A DNA stretch of 47,509 nt. It comes from Conidiobolus incongruus B7586. Lineage: Eukaryota. Position numbers and translations under genes: made by a program. Shown piece by piece: positions 13,820 to 25,794 of this stretch. Where the stretch lies: contig JNEM01009958.1 in assembly GCA_000697335.1 (NCBI GenBank), forward strand, positions 1 to 47,509, given 5' to 3'. The notes beneath the pieces are model-generated. The model had not been told where the DNA came from. It made no database searches and worked only from the letters and a program-made list of their open reading frames with translations. Each line of letters starts with the position of its first letter. Positions within the stretch are counted from its first letter, which is position 1.

Positions 13820-16800
13820 ATTGGGATGTGTGTGTGATAGTAAAAATTTAATAAAATTTTTTTTTAAATTTATGGTCTCCTTCCAATTAAACAAAAAATT
13901 TTTCCCTAATTATATTTTGGCATTTGTTCTCACCATTCTTATTCGCCCTAATTTGGGAAAGTTTGAATTTGTTGCCAATGGGATAAAAGAATTTTCAAGA
14001 TTAGACCAATCATTTTCATTTTCCTTTTTGTTATATCTTTGAAATTTAAAATGATATCTAAAGTGGCTGTAATTATTAAAATCTCAGAACTTAACAGATT
14101 TATTAAGCTGAATGAAATAAAAAAGCAGTAGATATCCATAACTTAATACCAATAAATTTTATAATTTGATATTATTTAAACATTGTATGTATAATCTAAT
14201 GTTCTATGTTTCTGTTAGTATAAAAAACATGAATGGAAAATGCAGTACATAGTTTCCATATAGAGAACCAATTTTAATTGAACATTTTAGCTTTGAAAAA
14301 TTAATTACAATTAAATAATTATTGCTGTTGCTTATTTAAGCGAATGAATATATACTCATATTTTGAAATTTATATATTTTTTTATTTATGTTAAATTGCA
14401 TTTATTCAATAATGATTGATCAATTAGTTAATACATTTTGATACTATAAATTAAACACAATTTGTATCATAATTCGGATTTAAAAATTTTCTGATTATTT
14501 TGGATTTAACTCGAGAAATTTTATAATAAATGAAGAATTATTTTGATTAATAAATGATTAAAGGATAATATTAATCAATTTTTACCACCTAATCAAATTC
14601 TCATTAGGAATATCATTTACTATTCATATAATAATCAAGATATTATTATATCTTTTGTCAATTTATCCAATTTGAAAATTTGTAATTTATCTGTGGCAAT
14701 CTTTTTTTGATCATAAGTATTATTTTTAATATTATGTTCAAAAATTGTTTGATAAACTGATAAAATTATATACTTTTATAGTTATAGATTTATCTGTTAA
14801 AATTAATGATATTTTAAATTAATTGATTTTTGAAGGTTAATACAATATTTCATATTCTTAATTTTATATAATATGAAATTTTGTGATCAAGTGAATCTTT
14901 ACTAAATATTGAATTTTGCACATAATTCTTTAAACAACACCATCGACTTTTTTAGATTTCAAAATATCAATCTTTATCAGTTAATTTTAATTTGAATTGC
15001 CTTATTTTATAATAAGCTTTTTATATTACAATACTAACAACCATAATATCACATATATTTCAATATTTAATATTTATATTCTGTTTACATAATTAAATAA
15101 CTATGTAGAAATTACCATTCACACCATACAATGTCTTGTATAGAATTTGATTAAACTTTACTTGTACATCATCACATTCTTCAATTAACAATACATATCA
15201 TAAACTATGACGTATTGTGCTCATTTAATCTCAATCTCCTAGATAACAATAGCATTATTATATTATTATACATTTCCCATTATTTATGAGGTATAAAATT
15301 AAATAGTGTAACTGATACACTAATAATCTGATATTGATTAATAATCCCAAATTATCCATGATTTGATATTATTAATAATAGAGTGGTATGCTTAGTTAAC
15401 TGAGAATTGTATAACACTAAAACTATTAGATATTTAATACATATAATAGCTGTTTAAGACGCTTAAATAACTTATAATAGATATGCTTGTATTAGATTTT
15501 TTAACATTGTGTATCTTTTGATTTCAATATTAATCTAATTGCAAACACTATTAAACTTTGGTTCAAATATTAGATAAATTCTTTTTAGGAAAATCTTTTT
15601 GAAATCTAACATAAAAATATAATAATTTTTAATCAAAATTTTCATTATATATATATATATATATTTGAAAGGTTAAAACATGACTAAACCATACTACTTA
15701 ATATACACTGAGCGATTAAAGTAAATAGCTGTACCAATAACCATAAATTATATTCCCAAACTTTTTGCAACATTTAATTATATATGATTATATTTTACAT
15801 TAGGTAATAATCTTTCAAGATATTATTCAGCAAAACATAATGTTTCACTTATTACAATTATTATTATGGATATTATATTTTGAGAATATTTTCAAATTAA
15901 TGCATTAATATAATTCTTCATTATTTACCATTTCATTACTGGCTTCAATTAAATATATTCATGTTATTAAAGATTCAGTAAGTATGTTCCTTAGCAGTTG
16001 ATCTTCGTATTATATTTATTTAAAAATCGTATAAATATAACTTAACATGGGTTACATTCAAATAAATAGATGGTTTTTTAATGTTACAGAATTGATTTTA
16101 TCAGCTTATTGAAACCGAGTTTAATTACAATCAAAAATTTTAAATATTTATGCTGAGATAGTTATTGAAAAAAATTGAGATAAAATTCAGTCAAGTTTAT
16201 TGTATTTTCCTTTGTATATTTGATTGATTTAAAGTCATATTTGACTAAGTATATCAGATGTAGAGAAGGTTTGAGTTATTTCAAAATAATACTGCAAATC
16301 AACTTGAAAAACAACCAAAACCAGTTTAGAGATATATTTTCAAAAGGCTATTGTTATAACATCTGTGATTAAATTTATGATACACATTAATGAAATTAAA
16401 AATATATTACTTTTAAATATACAAATTTCTTATAATTTGATTGATGATTTTTTCAACTATCAGAAATGATTTAAAATATCCCTACCAAGTGTATTAATAG
16501 ACAAATATATTAATAGCATATTATTAGCAAAAACCGCTCAATTACTATGGGAATTATCATCAAAGATATACCAAGTAATGACATTATAGCCAAACATTTT
16601 ACTAATTATTTTTAAAGTAAATTTTAATATTGAACTTAAACGTTTAATATATGATCATGATTAAATAACTGAATTATTTTTTTTAAAATCAATCATATTC
16701 ATATAATGATACATATCAAAAACTATATGATTTAAATTATGAAAAGGTTGAGAGTTTACGATATTAGAAAATAACAAGATATTTCATTTTTATGATTATC

Positions 16801-17693
16801 TTTTGTATCTTTAATATGTTAACAAATCATCACAATTGGAAATTTGATAAATTAGTAATTTGGGTAATTATTAATTAATCGTATTAAATTTTTGTAGTAA
16901 CTTCGTTAAAAATGAATAAAATTAATCATAATTTGATTATTAAATAGAGAAAAAGCAATTAAAACTATATCAAATTTAACATTCGATTATTTTAATCAAT
17001 GTAGTTCGATATTCGATATGATTTAGTTGTATTATTAATAAAATTTGGATAGACTGGATATTTACATAAAAAATTCACTTGATTGTAGGTTTAAGATTAA
17101 TTGTATTATACACAAATTATAATCAGTCATACATGCAATTAATATCAAATCAAATGGTTAGAAATTGGAGTACTGAATATTATTGACTCAACTATGTGAC
17201 AGTTGTTGAGTGAATGCTTGGATTGGGATCAGAGTACAGTTCCAAAAAAGTAGATATGAGAGAATATAATCATTTAAATTAATAATTAAAATTTATTAAC
17301 AAGATATAATTAATAAGCGGGAGTTAGTGATAATTTAATAGGTAATCATAGGGAACTGAGAAAGATAATTAACAAATTGGTTAAAAGGTGGTGTGAAAGA
17401 TTGAATACAAGACTATTGGTACATGTCCTAGAGTGCGTTATGTACAGAAGTGATCGCAAGTAGGTTACAGGGAGATAAATGGGATTAGTATGAGTCGAGT
17501 GGTTTGAACTGATAGGTGTTTTAAATTATTTTGAATGAACAAGTGTATTGTTTAAGCGGTGCCCCAACAATCCACTCAACCTTTTAAGAATTAATAACAA
17601 ATTAAAGAAACTATTCCAGAGTCTCTTTAATAAATAATACGATGAATAATAATTACATTTGAGGAAAATTGGTCGGATTATTAACTGGACCGA

Positions 17694-18722
17694 TTATTGT
17701 TGGAGAGAGACAAGTTGCGCATCCGTTGAAATAGGAGTAGGAGCTTCATGATTAATCTCCAAGCATTGACCCTCTACGATTGACTCAAGAGGCATTCCTT
17801 GGTTGGCATGGTGAGCCATGAGGAGCTGGGCAGGGTTAATATTTTGTTGGTACAAGAGAGAGTGAAGGTAACGGATATAATCTACGCTCTGTCTTAGGAT
17901 GGCACCCTTGTTGCACTTATTGCTAGGGATCAAGCCCTGAGGCAAAAGAGTACTAAGCTCTTGAATTTTTTCGTTGATAATATCACGTCTACGACGTTCA
18001 ACAGCATTATGGTTTTCTCTACGACGCTTTTTCTTTTCAAGCATTTGCTGAAGTTTGAGTTTTTCCATTTCGGTCTCGGCTTTAGGAGTGCCATTGGCAA
18101 TTTGATCCTGGGAGTTGGGCGATTTGGTAGAGGATTGATTAAGAGTGGGGGAGGTAGAAGGATCAGAGTGAGGAAGCTGAGAAGATGAAGGTGAATCGAA
18201 GTTGCTGGGTAAGCTCATGCTGTATTGCTGAGCCATTTGCTGTTGAAGAAGAGCCCAGTTAGAAGAGTCTCCGACCATTTGGCCTTCAAAGTAACTGTTA
18301 GATCTAGAGTGACCGGGATGAATGAAGGGGGTTCCTGGTTCGGCGCTGGAAACAGAAAAGCGACGAGATTGATGGTAACTATCCATCATAAATTCTTCTG
18401 AAGTAGGTGAAATCAAATGCTCAAGAGGAGAGTCAGGCATAGACCCATAGGGTTGGAAAGAGTGATGGAAAAGGGGGTTGGCATCTGCCACGTTGCTGGA
18501 CAAAGTGCGCTGTGGCTGGATGGCAATAGGGTTTGACACAGGCATTTGAGGTGTCATCATGTGAGACATATCTGGTTTTAAGGTAAAAGATGATGAAAAA
18601 GAAGAGCCATAAAACTCGCTGGGAGCAGTATTGGCGTGCATCATACTAGGATGCGAAGCGAACATAGCCTGTTCTTGACTATGATCTTGGTGAGGAATAG
18701 CAATAGGAAGAGACACTGTCAT
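17694..18722 (-). CDS. bHLH transcription factor, MiT/TFE-USF-Rtg3-like, 342 aa, single exon
   Basis: KKRRRENHNAVERRRRDIINEKIQELSTLLP...NKGAILRQSVDYIRYL is a class B bHLH with the H-E-R basic region; S/Q/P-rich N-terminus. Confidence 0.92.
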   Translation of the reverse strand: MTVSLPIAIPHQDHSQEQAMFASHPSMMHANTAPSEFYGSSFSSSFTLKPDMSHMMTPQMPVSNPIAIQPQRTLSSNVADANPLFHHSFQPYGSMPDSPLEHLISPTSEEFMMDSYHQSRRFSVSSAEPGTPFIHPGHSRSNSYFEGQMVGDSSNWALLQQQMAQQYSMSLPSNFDSPSSSQLPHSDPSTSPTLNQSSTKSPNSQDQIANGTPKAETEMEKLKLQQMLEKKKRRRENHNAVERRRRDIINEKIQELSTLLPQGLIPSNKCNKGAILRQSVDYIRYLHSLLYQQNINPAQLLMAHHANQGMPLESIVEGQCLEINHEAPTPISTDAQLVSLQQ

Positions 18723-21700
18723 TGTATAAAATAGGTAAAAAAAAATTAAATATTAAAAACTAAACAAATAATTGAGATTCAATTCTCCTATTGAAAAAAA
18801 CTGGCCTAAAGAGCTGGAATAAGACGTGCTTATAAAGGTACGCCACAGCCTAGTGAATGTAGGAATAAATAGGAAAACTTTTTATGATCTGGTTAAAAAA
18901 AGACAGAAACCTGTTGTAAAATGGGTTTAATATAAATATTTCTATTTTTGAGAATAGAATTACCTATTAATATTCACAGTAGCCAATCAACTTCCTAGAA
19001 TCGGAATCCAGTGTGAAAATTCTCATCATCATACCTTTTCAATCTACCTAATTCTTATCAAATAGCGACATATTATCAGAAAAAATATGCCAACATTGAA
19101 GTTGGGTAAAACTGAGTGGATGATTTTAGCAATTGGTGTAATGGGAAAGGTTGATCTAGAGCTTTTGGATATTATTGCGTAACTGTATTTTGATTCAATC
19201 AATATAATACTCCATATCAAGAATATTTAAATCCGAATGACCAATCAGGGATGCGAATTCAATTCCGTATATAGTAACCAGAATTCATCCCTCTATTTGA
19301 AAAAGACTTAAGTGATAACATCCACCATTGATAACCAATAAAAAGGTATTAAACTTTCTAAAATCAATGATTTTCTAATACTTATTTAATAAAGATTTAA
19401 CCGATAATATAAAATGAAAAATATGCTATTAATACTTTTCTACATAACGCTTATTTCATAAATATCCCTAAAAAACAAATTGACTATACCAGTATTTATC
19501 CATAACATACTAATTATTTACTGATCTCCAATTAATACAAATTGGATCATAGTTTAAACTAGCTATAGCACAAAATAAATTATTCATGTTATACCCAGTT
19601 TTCAATCCTTGTAAAAGGTAAAGACCCTGAATTTCTAAGATCATCCAATATATCGGGGAAGATTTAACTACTAATATTCGTTCTACTGTCTGATAAATAT
19701 CCACTATACTTTTTGTACTCTGTTTAAACATCCACTTCTTATACCATGCTTTATTAAATTGATATCTATCAATCTATGTATCATACCTGTTACTTATTAA
19801 TATTGAATATTATGGACTTTAAAGGTATAAAATAGGAACAAATGAGTTATTAATAAGAGAAAGTTAATAGTTATTTTAAATTCATTGTTCTATTACATTT
19901 GTTATACATCAAGCGGAATATCATCCACTTGACCAATTCATCAACTCATCAACTGGGTCTAAAAACTCGGCAAGTATATACTTATATAGCGATTGGCTAT
20001 CCCTATAATCACAAGATCACCACACTTCATATTATTTATAATTGTTTATGGTTTCATAAACTGTTTGATTTCATTTATATTCCCCAAGTTTGAGTTAAAT
20101 CGGGTAATATAGATTACTTGAAAAATGTGTTATTCATTGCATTTATATCGAGTTTAAAATTATGATAATCGGCAAGTTTCAATTTATCAGTGCTAGTTAA
20201 GTGCCATGCTGTTTTGCATAGACAATATATTTAGTACTGTTAATATGCTACTACTGCTCATTTTGCCATAGTATTAAAAGGGGCTAGACTTTATCAAATT
20301 TGAAGATTTCTGTGTTAAATCAAATATTAGGCTGATAATTAGATCTCCTGTCTACGGGATATATAATTTATTATTAATTTTATCATAAAATACTATCCAT
20401 CTAATTCGTATCCAATATTAATTAAATTTAATTATATCAATTCTTATTGAATTATTTATAAACATCGCTAAAATATAGTTATGAATATTAGTTCATAATA
20501 GAGCTGATTCTTTTTAAAGATGAATTAAAGTTTATGATTGAAGATGATAAGGTAAAAAAGGAATGATTTCAAGAGTGAAGGAAGTAGCCAATTTAGTACT
20601 TACACTACATCATCAGGTAATGAGTAAAACAAATTTATAACTAATATGTCAACTCAGAATATTTTAATTTCGTTAGAATAATAATTTTCTGTATAACACT
20701 CAGAGGATATCGGAGTTGGATTAATTTAGGCAGATTAGAAATTAAGAAAATTTATTGGTCAATTATAACCAAATATAACTTGTATATAATTTTTCATATT
20801 GTAATGGGAAAATTATTATAAAAAAATTCTATTTTAATTTCTGGCTGCATTTCTAATTGCGTATGTTATCCCTAAATAATTCACCTATCAGTAAAGTCCA
20901 TCTATAAAACAAATCTTTATTTTCTCAAGATTTTTATTAAATTAATTTTAAGTAATATTTGTAATATCGCTTTTTATTCACCAAATAGACAGCTATTAGG
21001 ATAATTAAATTAATAATTGTCGCAATTTGATTTTCTCTAGAAATATAAAATAATTTGAAAGGATATGACTTACTAATTAAGTAATCCCAACTACTTAAGA
21101 AAATTAGAGAATATAAACATATTGGGATTGATTTATTTATTTTCCACTAATATTAAAAATAACTCTTTGTATGAAAATTAAAAATAATTTAACCAATGAT
21201 TATCTATACAAATCTCAGAGTTGAATATTAATTTATCCTTTTATAAAGTTGGCCAACTTGTGATAAAATTCGTTCCTAATTTGATCTATTTTGATATCGT
21301 ATTATTAAGTCGCATTTTATACAATTCATCAGTTATTAAATATAAATAGGGAAATTAGCTTGATTGTAAATGATCAATGTTTTTAAATCCCAGGTTGGTT
21401 CAGAACATCCTGATTTAGATAGCAAATATTTTTAAATACTCTAGATATTAATTAAAATTAATTACTATCATATTTGGTGTATTTTGAAATTGATATATCA
21501 GACAATGTCTCTATTGGATAACCTGTTTTTTATAACAACTTTGCAATAATCATTATGCTAAATTTGGGCTTTGAATGAAGTGAATAGCTGTGATATGGTT
21601 GTACACTTTAACTATATTTAAAAGTTTTCATTCTATTTAGATAAATTTAATCACAATGGTTTAAGGATGGTTTATTGAAATAACTAAGAGTTACTTTTAC

Positions 21701-22214
21701 AAATTAACATACATTTGCATAATTAATCTTAATATTTTTGGATGCAAAAACCTTAATTTCAGTGGATCTCTTCTCCGACATTTCTTTAAAATGAAATCAT
21801 ATTAAACCAACACACTCTAAAATACTTCAATTTAAACAATTACAAGTTTATTTGGTATTTAACAAATAAAAATATAGCTATATTAAGCTTGAATTTTACG
21901 TTAAAAATGATGGATTAAATGCTATTTACTCCTATAATACGTATAACAGTCATGCTTTTTCAAATTGATTATACATTCCATATTTGGAATATTTGAAAAA
22001 ATTAATCAAATTGACTGGTAATATGGGAATATCTTAATATGGTAATTTCACACCGCACATTATGAATAATAAATTGGGAGTAGTGGAAGATATAGTAAAT
22101 GGCAATCACTAAAACAAATGATATATCCAATGTCAGTGTTATATAAATTTATTAAATGGTTATGAATATGATTAAGTTCGAACTAAATAGTTTAAAATTT
22201 TTGTAAATAAACAA

Positions 22215-22682
22215 TTAAGGATTAAATATATATTTACAATTAGAGTGGTTAATATCACCGATTATTTCATAGTTGACATTATTCAATACCCCTGTACCAT
22301 CAATTGAACTAGGATTTAATTTTTGCATATATTCTATCGATATTTCAACACCTGGACTAGTTTTTATATCAGCAATAATCACATCAACCCAAGTGTCATT
22401 TAGTTGAATTCGAATACAGTCACCACAATTCAGGTTGGAATCTGGTCCAGCTGCTGCAACCCCTTGAAATTGTTTAATATTTTCAGCCATCAACTTAGTA
22501 TTATATGATGCACACGCTAATGGATATGTACTAAATAATTCAATGGAATTGGATCTTGTCATGACTCCCGTATAATCATGTGATTTTAAACTAGTGATCT
22601 TTGGGCTCAATGCATTTTCATCATTGGAAGGAGACGATGATATTAATTGCAGTATTATAAACCAATATATTATCAATACCAT
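22215..22682 (-). CDS. Small secreted RlpA-like double-psi beta-barrel (expansin/loosenin-like) protein, 155 aa
   Basis: Hydrophobic signal peptide; AC..., AAAG...NCGDCIRIQ...VDVIIAD...GVEIS pattern resembles the DPBB core (CG.C..V...V.V.V.D). Confidence 0.6.
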   Translation of the reverse strand: MVLIIYWFIILQLISSSPSNDENALSPKITSLKSHDYTGVMTRSNSIELFSTYPLACASYNTKLMAENIKQFQGVAAAGPDSNLNCGDCIRIQLNDTWVDVIIADIKTSPGVEISIEYMQKLNPSSIDGTGVLNNVNYEIIGDINHSNCKYIFNP

Positions 22683-22801
22683 TTGAATATTTTTTAATTC
22701 GATTTTTCAACATTAATCATTAATTTATATGTCTCTAATAAATTATTTTTTGTTTTATAATCAAAACAAATGTACAATTGATCAACAAAACTGACTGCAC
22801 C

Positions 22802-22807
22802 CACGTG
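22802..22807. promoter_or_regulatory. E-box CACGTG (ATCACGTGG on minus strand) 120 bp upstream of the DPBB gene
   Basis: Same 9-mer, in the same orientation relative to the gene, as at 10376-10384. Confidence 0.4.
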
Positions 22808-24095
22808 ATATAATATGAACAATTACTAGATTTAATTGGTCTACTTAAAATTAATCAAATAATTTGAGATATTTGATATTCAATTCAAATATCACGAAAT
22901 CCACTCTAATATAAAAATTTTCAACAAATACCTTAATTTTGAAACAACTTTAAATAGAAATAACGATTAATAAATGAATCAACCATTAATATAACCTTAA
23001 ATGTATAAAATTTTACAATAAGATATTTATCATCCATAAAACAAGCTTTTCATATATCAATATCTGATCAATTATTAACAAAAATCTTAATCTTGATAAC
23101 AGATATTAAAGATCAAATGTAATATGTTCAAATATCAAATTAGGTATAATTCACCTTAAAAACGAACAAAATCTAGTTCAATAACACAATATTCATCCTT
23201 TATTTTAATTAAACTTAATATAAAAGTAGGTTAGTTCAATTATTAAAATAAAAATTTATTAAAAATTTTTCCTTGTATTCTTTTTAGTTAAATAATATAA
23301 TAATATTTATGTTTATGTTTATATTTATATTTTAATAGAATTATTAATTTTTAATTATTAATGAATAATTTTTTAGAATAATAATTAATTCATAAATATA
23401 TTTATTTGGTTTGATTAAATCATTAATAGTTGAATTGATTATTTATTTTTTTTAATAAGCTATGACAGTGGCGTATTATGTAGGATAAGTGAAGTATTTT
23501 CCCTTATGGTAATCTAAATTGCAGTATTTAGTATTTTAATCGGTAATTTCTTATTAAATATTGTATTATAAATTTTACAAATCAGACGATCCATCTATTA
23601 TTAAACTTTGAAAATTTTATTATTATATCATTGATTTCAACTTAGATTAGATTGAAGACTCAATTAATTGCGGATGTTTTGAATAGTTGATGGATATAAT
23701 CTCAAATATTATTGAAGAAAAAATTTAGATTTAAATATCTTATCAATATTAAATAATTACTAATAATATCAAACCAGTTCAAAATATTTGATTAAAGTAA
23801 AAATTTTCAGATAGTTTAATGATGCGTTTATAAAATTTAATTTTTACTTTTTTAATTGGATCATTTGACTTCACCTTCCAAATCATTAATTACTGATTAA
23901 TCAAAATAATTTGAAAAGATTCTAATCAATCTATACTTGGAAATGATTTCATCATTGAGCATATTTCAAAATTTATGTGACCCATAAATTTTATTTTAAA
24001 GTGGTACAATAAATAAAGAGTGATGAAATCTTGTTATTTTCAATTTATTGATTAATCCAGATTTATTACCCAAAAATTACTATCAATAATTAAAA

Positions 24096-25094
24096 ATGCC
24101 TCAAGCTAAAATTGCTCCCTCAGTATTATCCGGGGACTTCGCCAATTTGGCTACCGAAGTTAACAGAATGTTGGAATTGGGAGCTGATTACCTTCATATG
24201 GGTAAGTTTGAGTGACTCGTTTATAAAATTTGTGAATTCAATGATTCATTTTAATTTTTAGATGTTATGGATGGGTAAACTATCGAATTTCACTTGCACT
24301 AAAGCTTTTAGTTATTTACAGCTTCACTTTAGTCATTTCGTCCCCAATTTGACAATGGGTGCTCCTGTTATCAAGAGTTTGAGACCTCATACAAATGCAT
24401 TTTTAGGTAATTTTATTGATTATTATAATATATAATAATTAATATTCTCATTAAATAGATTGTCATTTAATGGTTTCTAATCCTGAGCAGGTAATATTCG
24501 AATTCTGATCCACTATGCTCATATATCAGACCCTTTTTAACAAATATCACTAATCTACCATCAAAATCAAAAACTAATAATGTTAATTTTAATATTAGTG
24601 GATTGATGATTTTGCTAAGGCTGGAGCTGATATGTTCACTTTTCACTTAGAAGCAGTTGGTAAATACCATTACTCACTCTAATTAAAGTTTGATTTGATC
24701 CACTCACTTAATTTAACTAGAGGATCCTGCCAAAGTAGTAGAAAAGATCCACAAAGCTGGTATGAAGGCTGGTATTGCCATCAAGCCCAAAACTTCTGCT
24801 GAAAGCTTTTTGCCTTATGCTGATATCGTTGATATGGTCTTGGTTATGACTGTTGAGCCCGGATTCGGTGGTCAATCCTTCATGGTTGATTGTATTGACA
24901 AAGTCAGAATCATCCGTCAAAAGTACCCTGAACTGGACATTCAAGTCGATGGTGGTTTAGCTCTCGATACCATTGAAATTGCTGCTGAAGCAGGTGCCAA
25001 CGTCATTGTTGCTGGTACTTCTATCTTCAAAGCTGAAGATCCTAAATTCGTCATTACCAAATTCAAGGAAGTTGTCAACAAGCACAACCAATAA
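24096..25094 (+). CDS. RPE1: Ribulose-phosphate 3-epimerase; exons 24096-24201, 24262-24274, 24333-24406, 24459-24490, 24599-24659, 24721-25094
   Basis: Spliced product MPQAKIAPSVLSGDFANL..LHMDVMDGHFVPNLTMG..DCHLMVSNPE..FTFHLEA..LVMTVEPGFGGQSF..IQVDGG..GANVIVAGTSIF; five GT-AG introns, all phase-consistent. Confidence 0.97.
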
Positions 25095-25794
25095 AATTTG
25101 ATCCTGGGTATACTATCAATAAAATTATTAATATAATCATTTCAATTATATATTATTTATACTATCTACAATTAAATATAGTTTACAATCTTTATTATAT
25201 TTCCACATTCAATCTTTAATGACAAAAATTTTGTAATATCAATATTTTTGATGTACAACTAAATTATCATTTGTTTGGTGATTAGACTTAGCAATTTTAA
25301 ATATTAGATTTAAAAACTTTGATCAAAGCTATAATGACTTTGATCTTGAAATATAACAATATATTAATTATTAATCATTTTGTAATTTTTAAATCATTAT
25401 TTTTGACTTGATTTATTTAAATTTTACGTCATCTTCCAACATTATATCAATTCTAAATATAGCTTTAGAGTTCATGGATTATTCTCTTAAAGACCACTTA
25501 AAAAAGTTTTTTTTTAAATTTAAAACTATCGGTAGTCTACAATTTGATTATGTGTAAATATTATCTGTCTATGGAAAAAATATTTTACATACAATTTATA
25601 AGTTAGGAAGTTGTTTTAGTGATCGAAAATTTATTATCAAATTGAATTTTATCCAATTAAAATCATTTCATCAATAAATTTTGATTAAAATAAACAAACA
25701 GATATAAGTTGACAGTGAATAAGTAATAAAATAAATAAGTTTTATTAGTTGTAAAGGTATTAATTAAAACAATTAAGTTAGATTTTTAGGGTAA

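Noticed and set aside
13821..14139. Short hydrophobic ORFs at 13821-14042 and 13948-14139 (also 28318-28557 and 19899-20093)
   Set aside because: F/I/L/N/K-rich translations typical of AT-rich non-coding DNA.
17150..17693. Structured RNA downstream of the bHLH stop codon
   Set aside because: Only 7-8 bp stems; the higher GC is adequately explained as a long 3' UTR.
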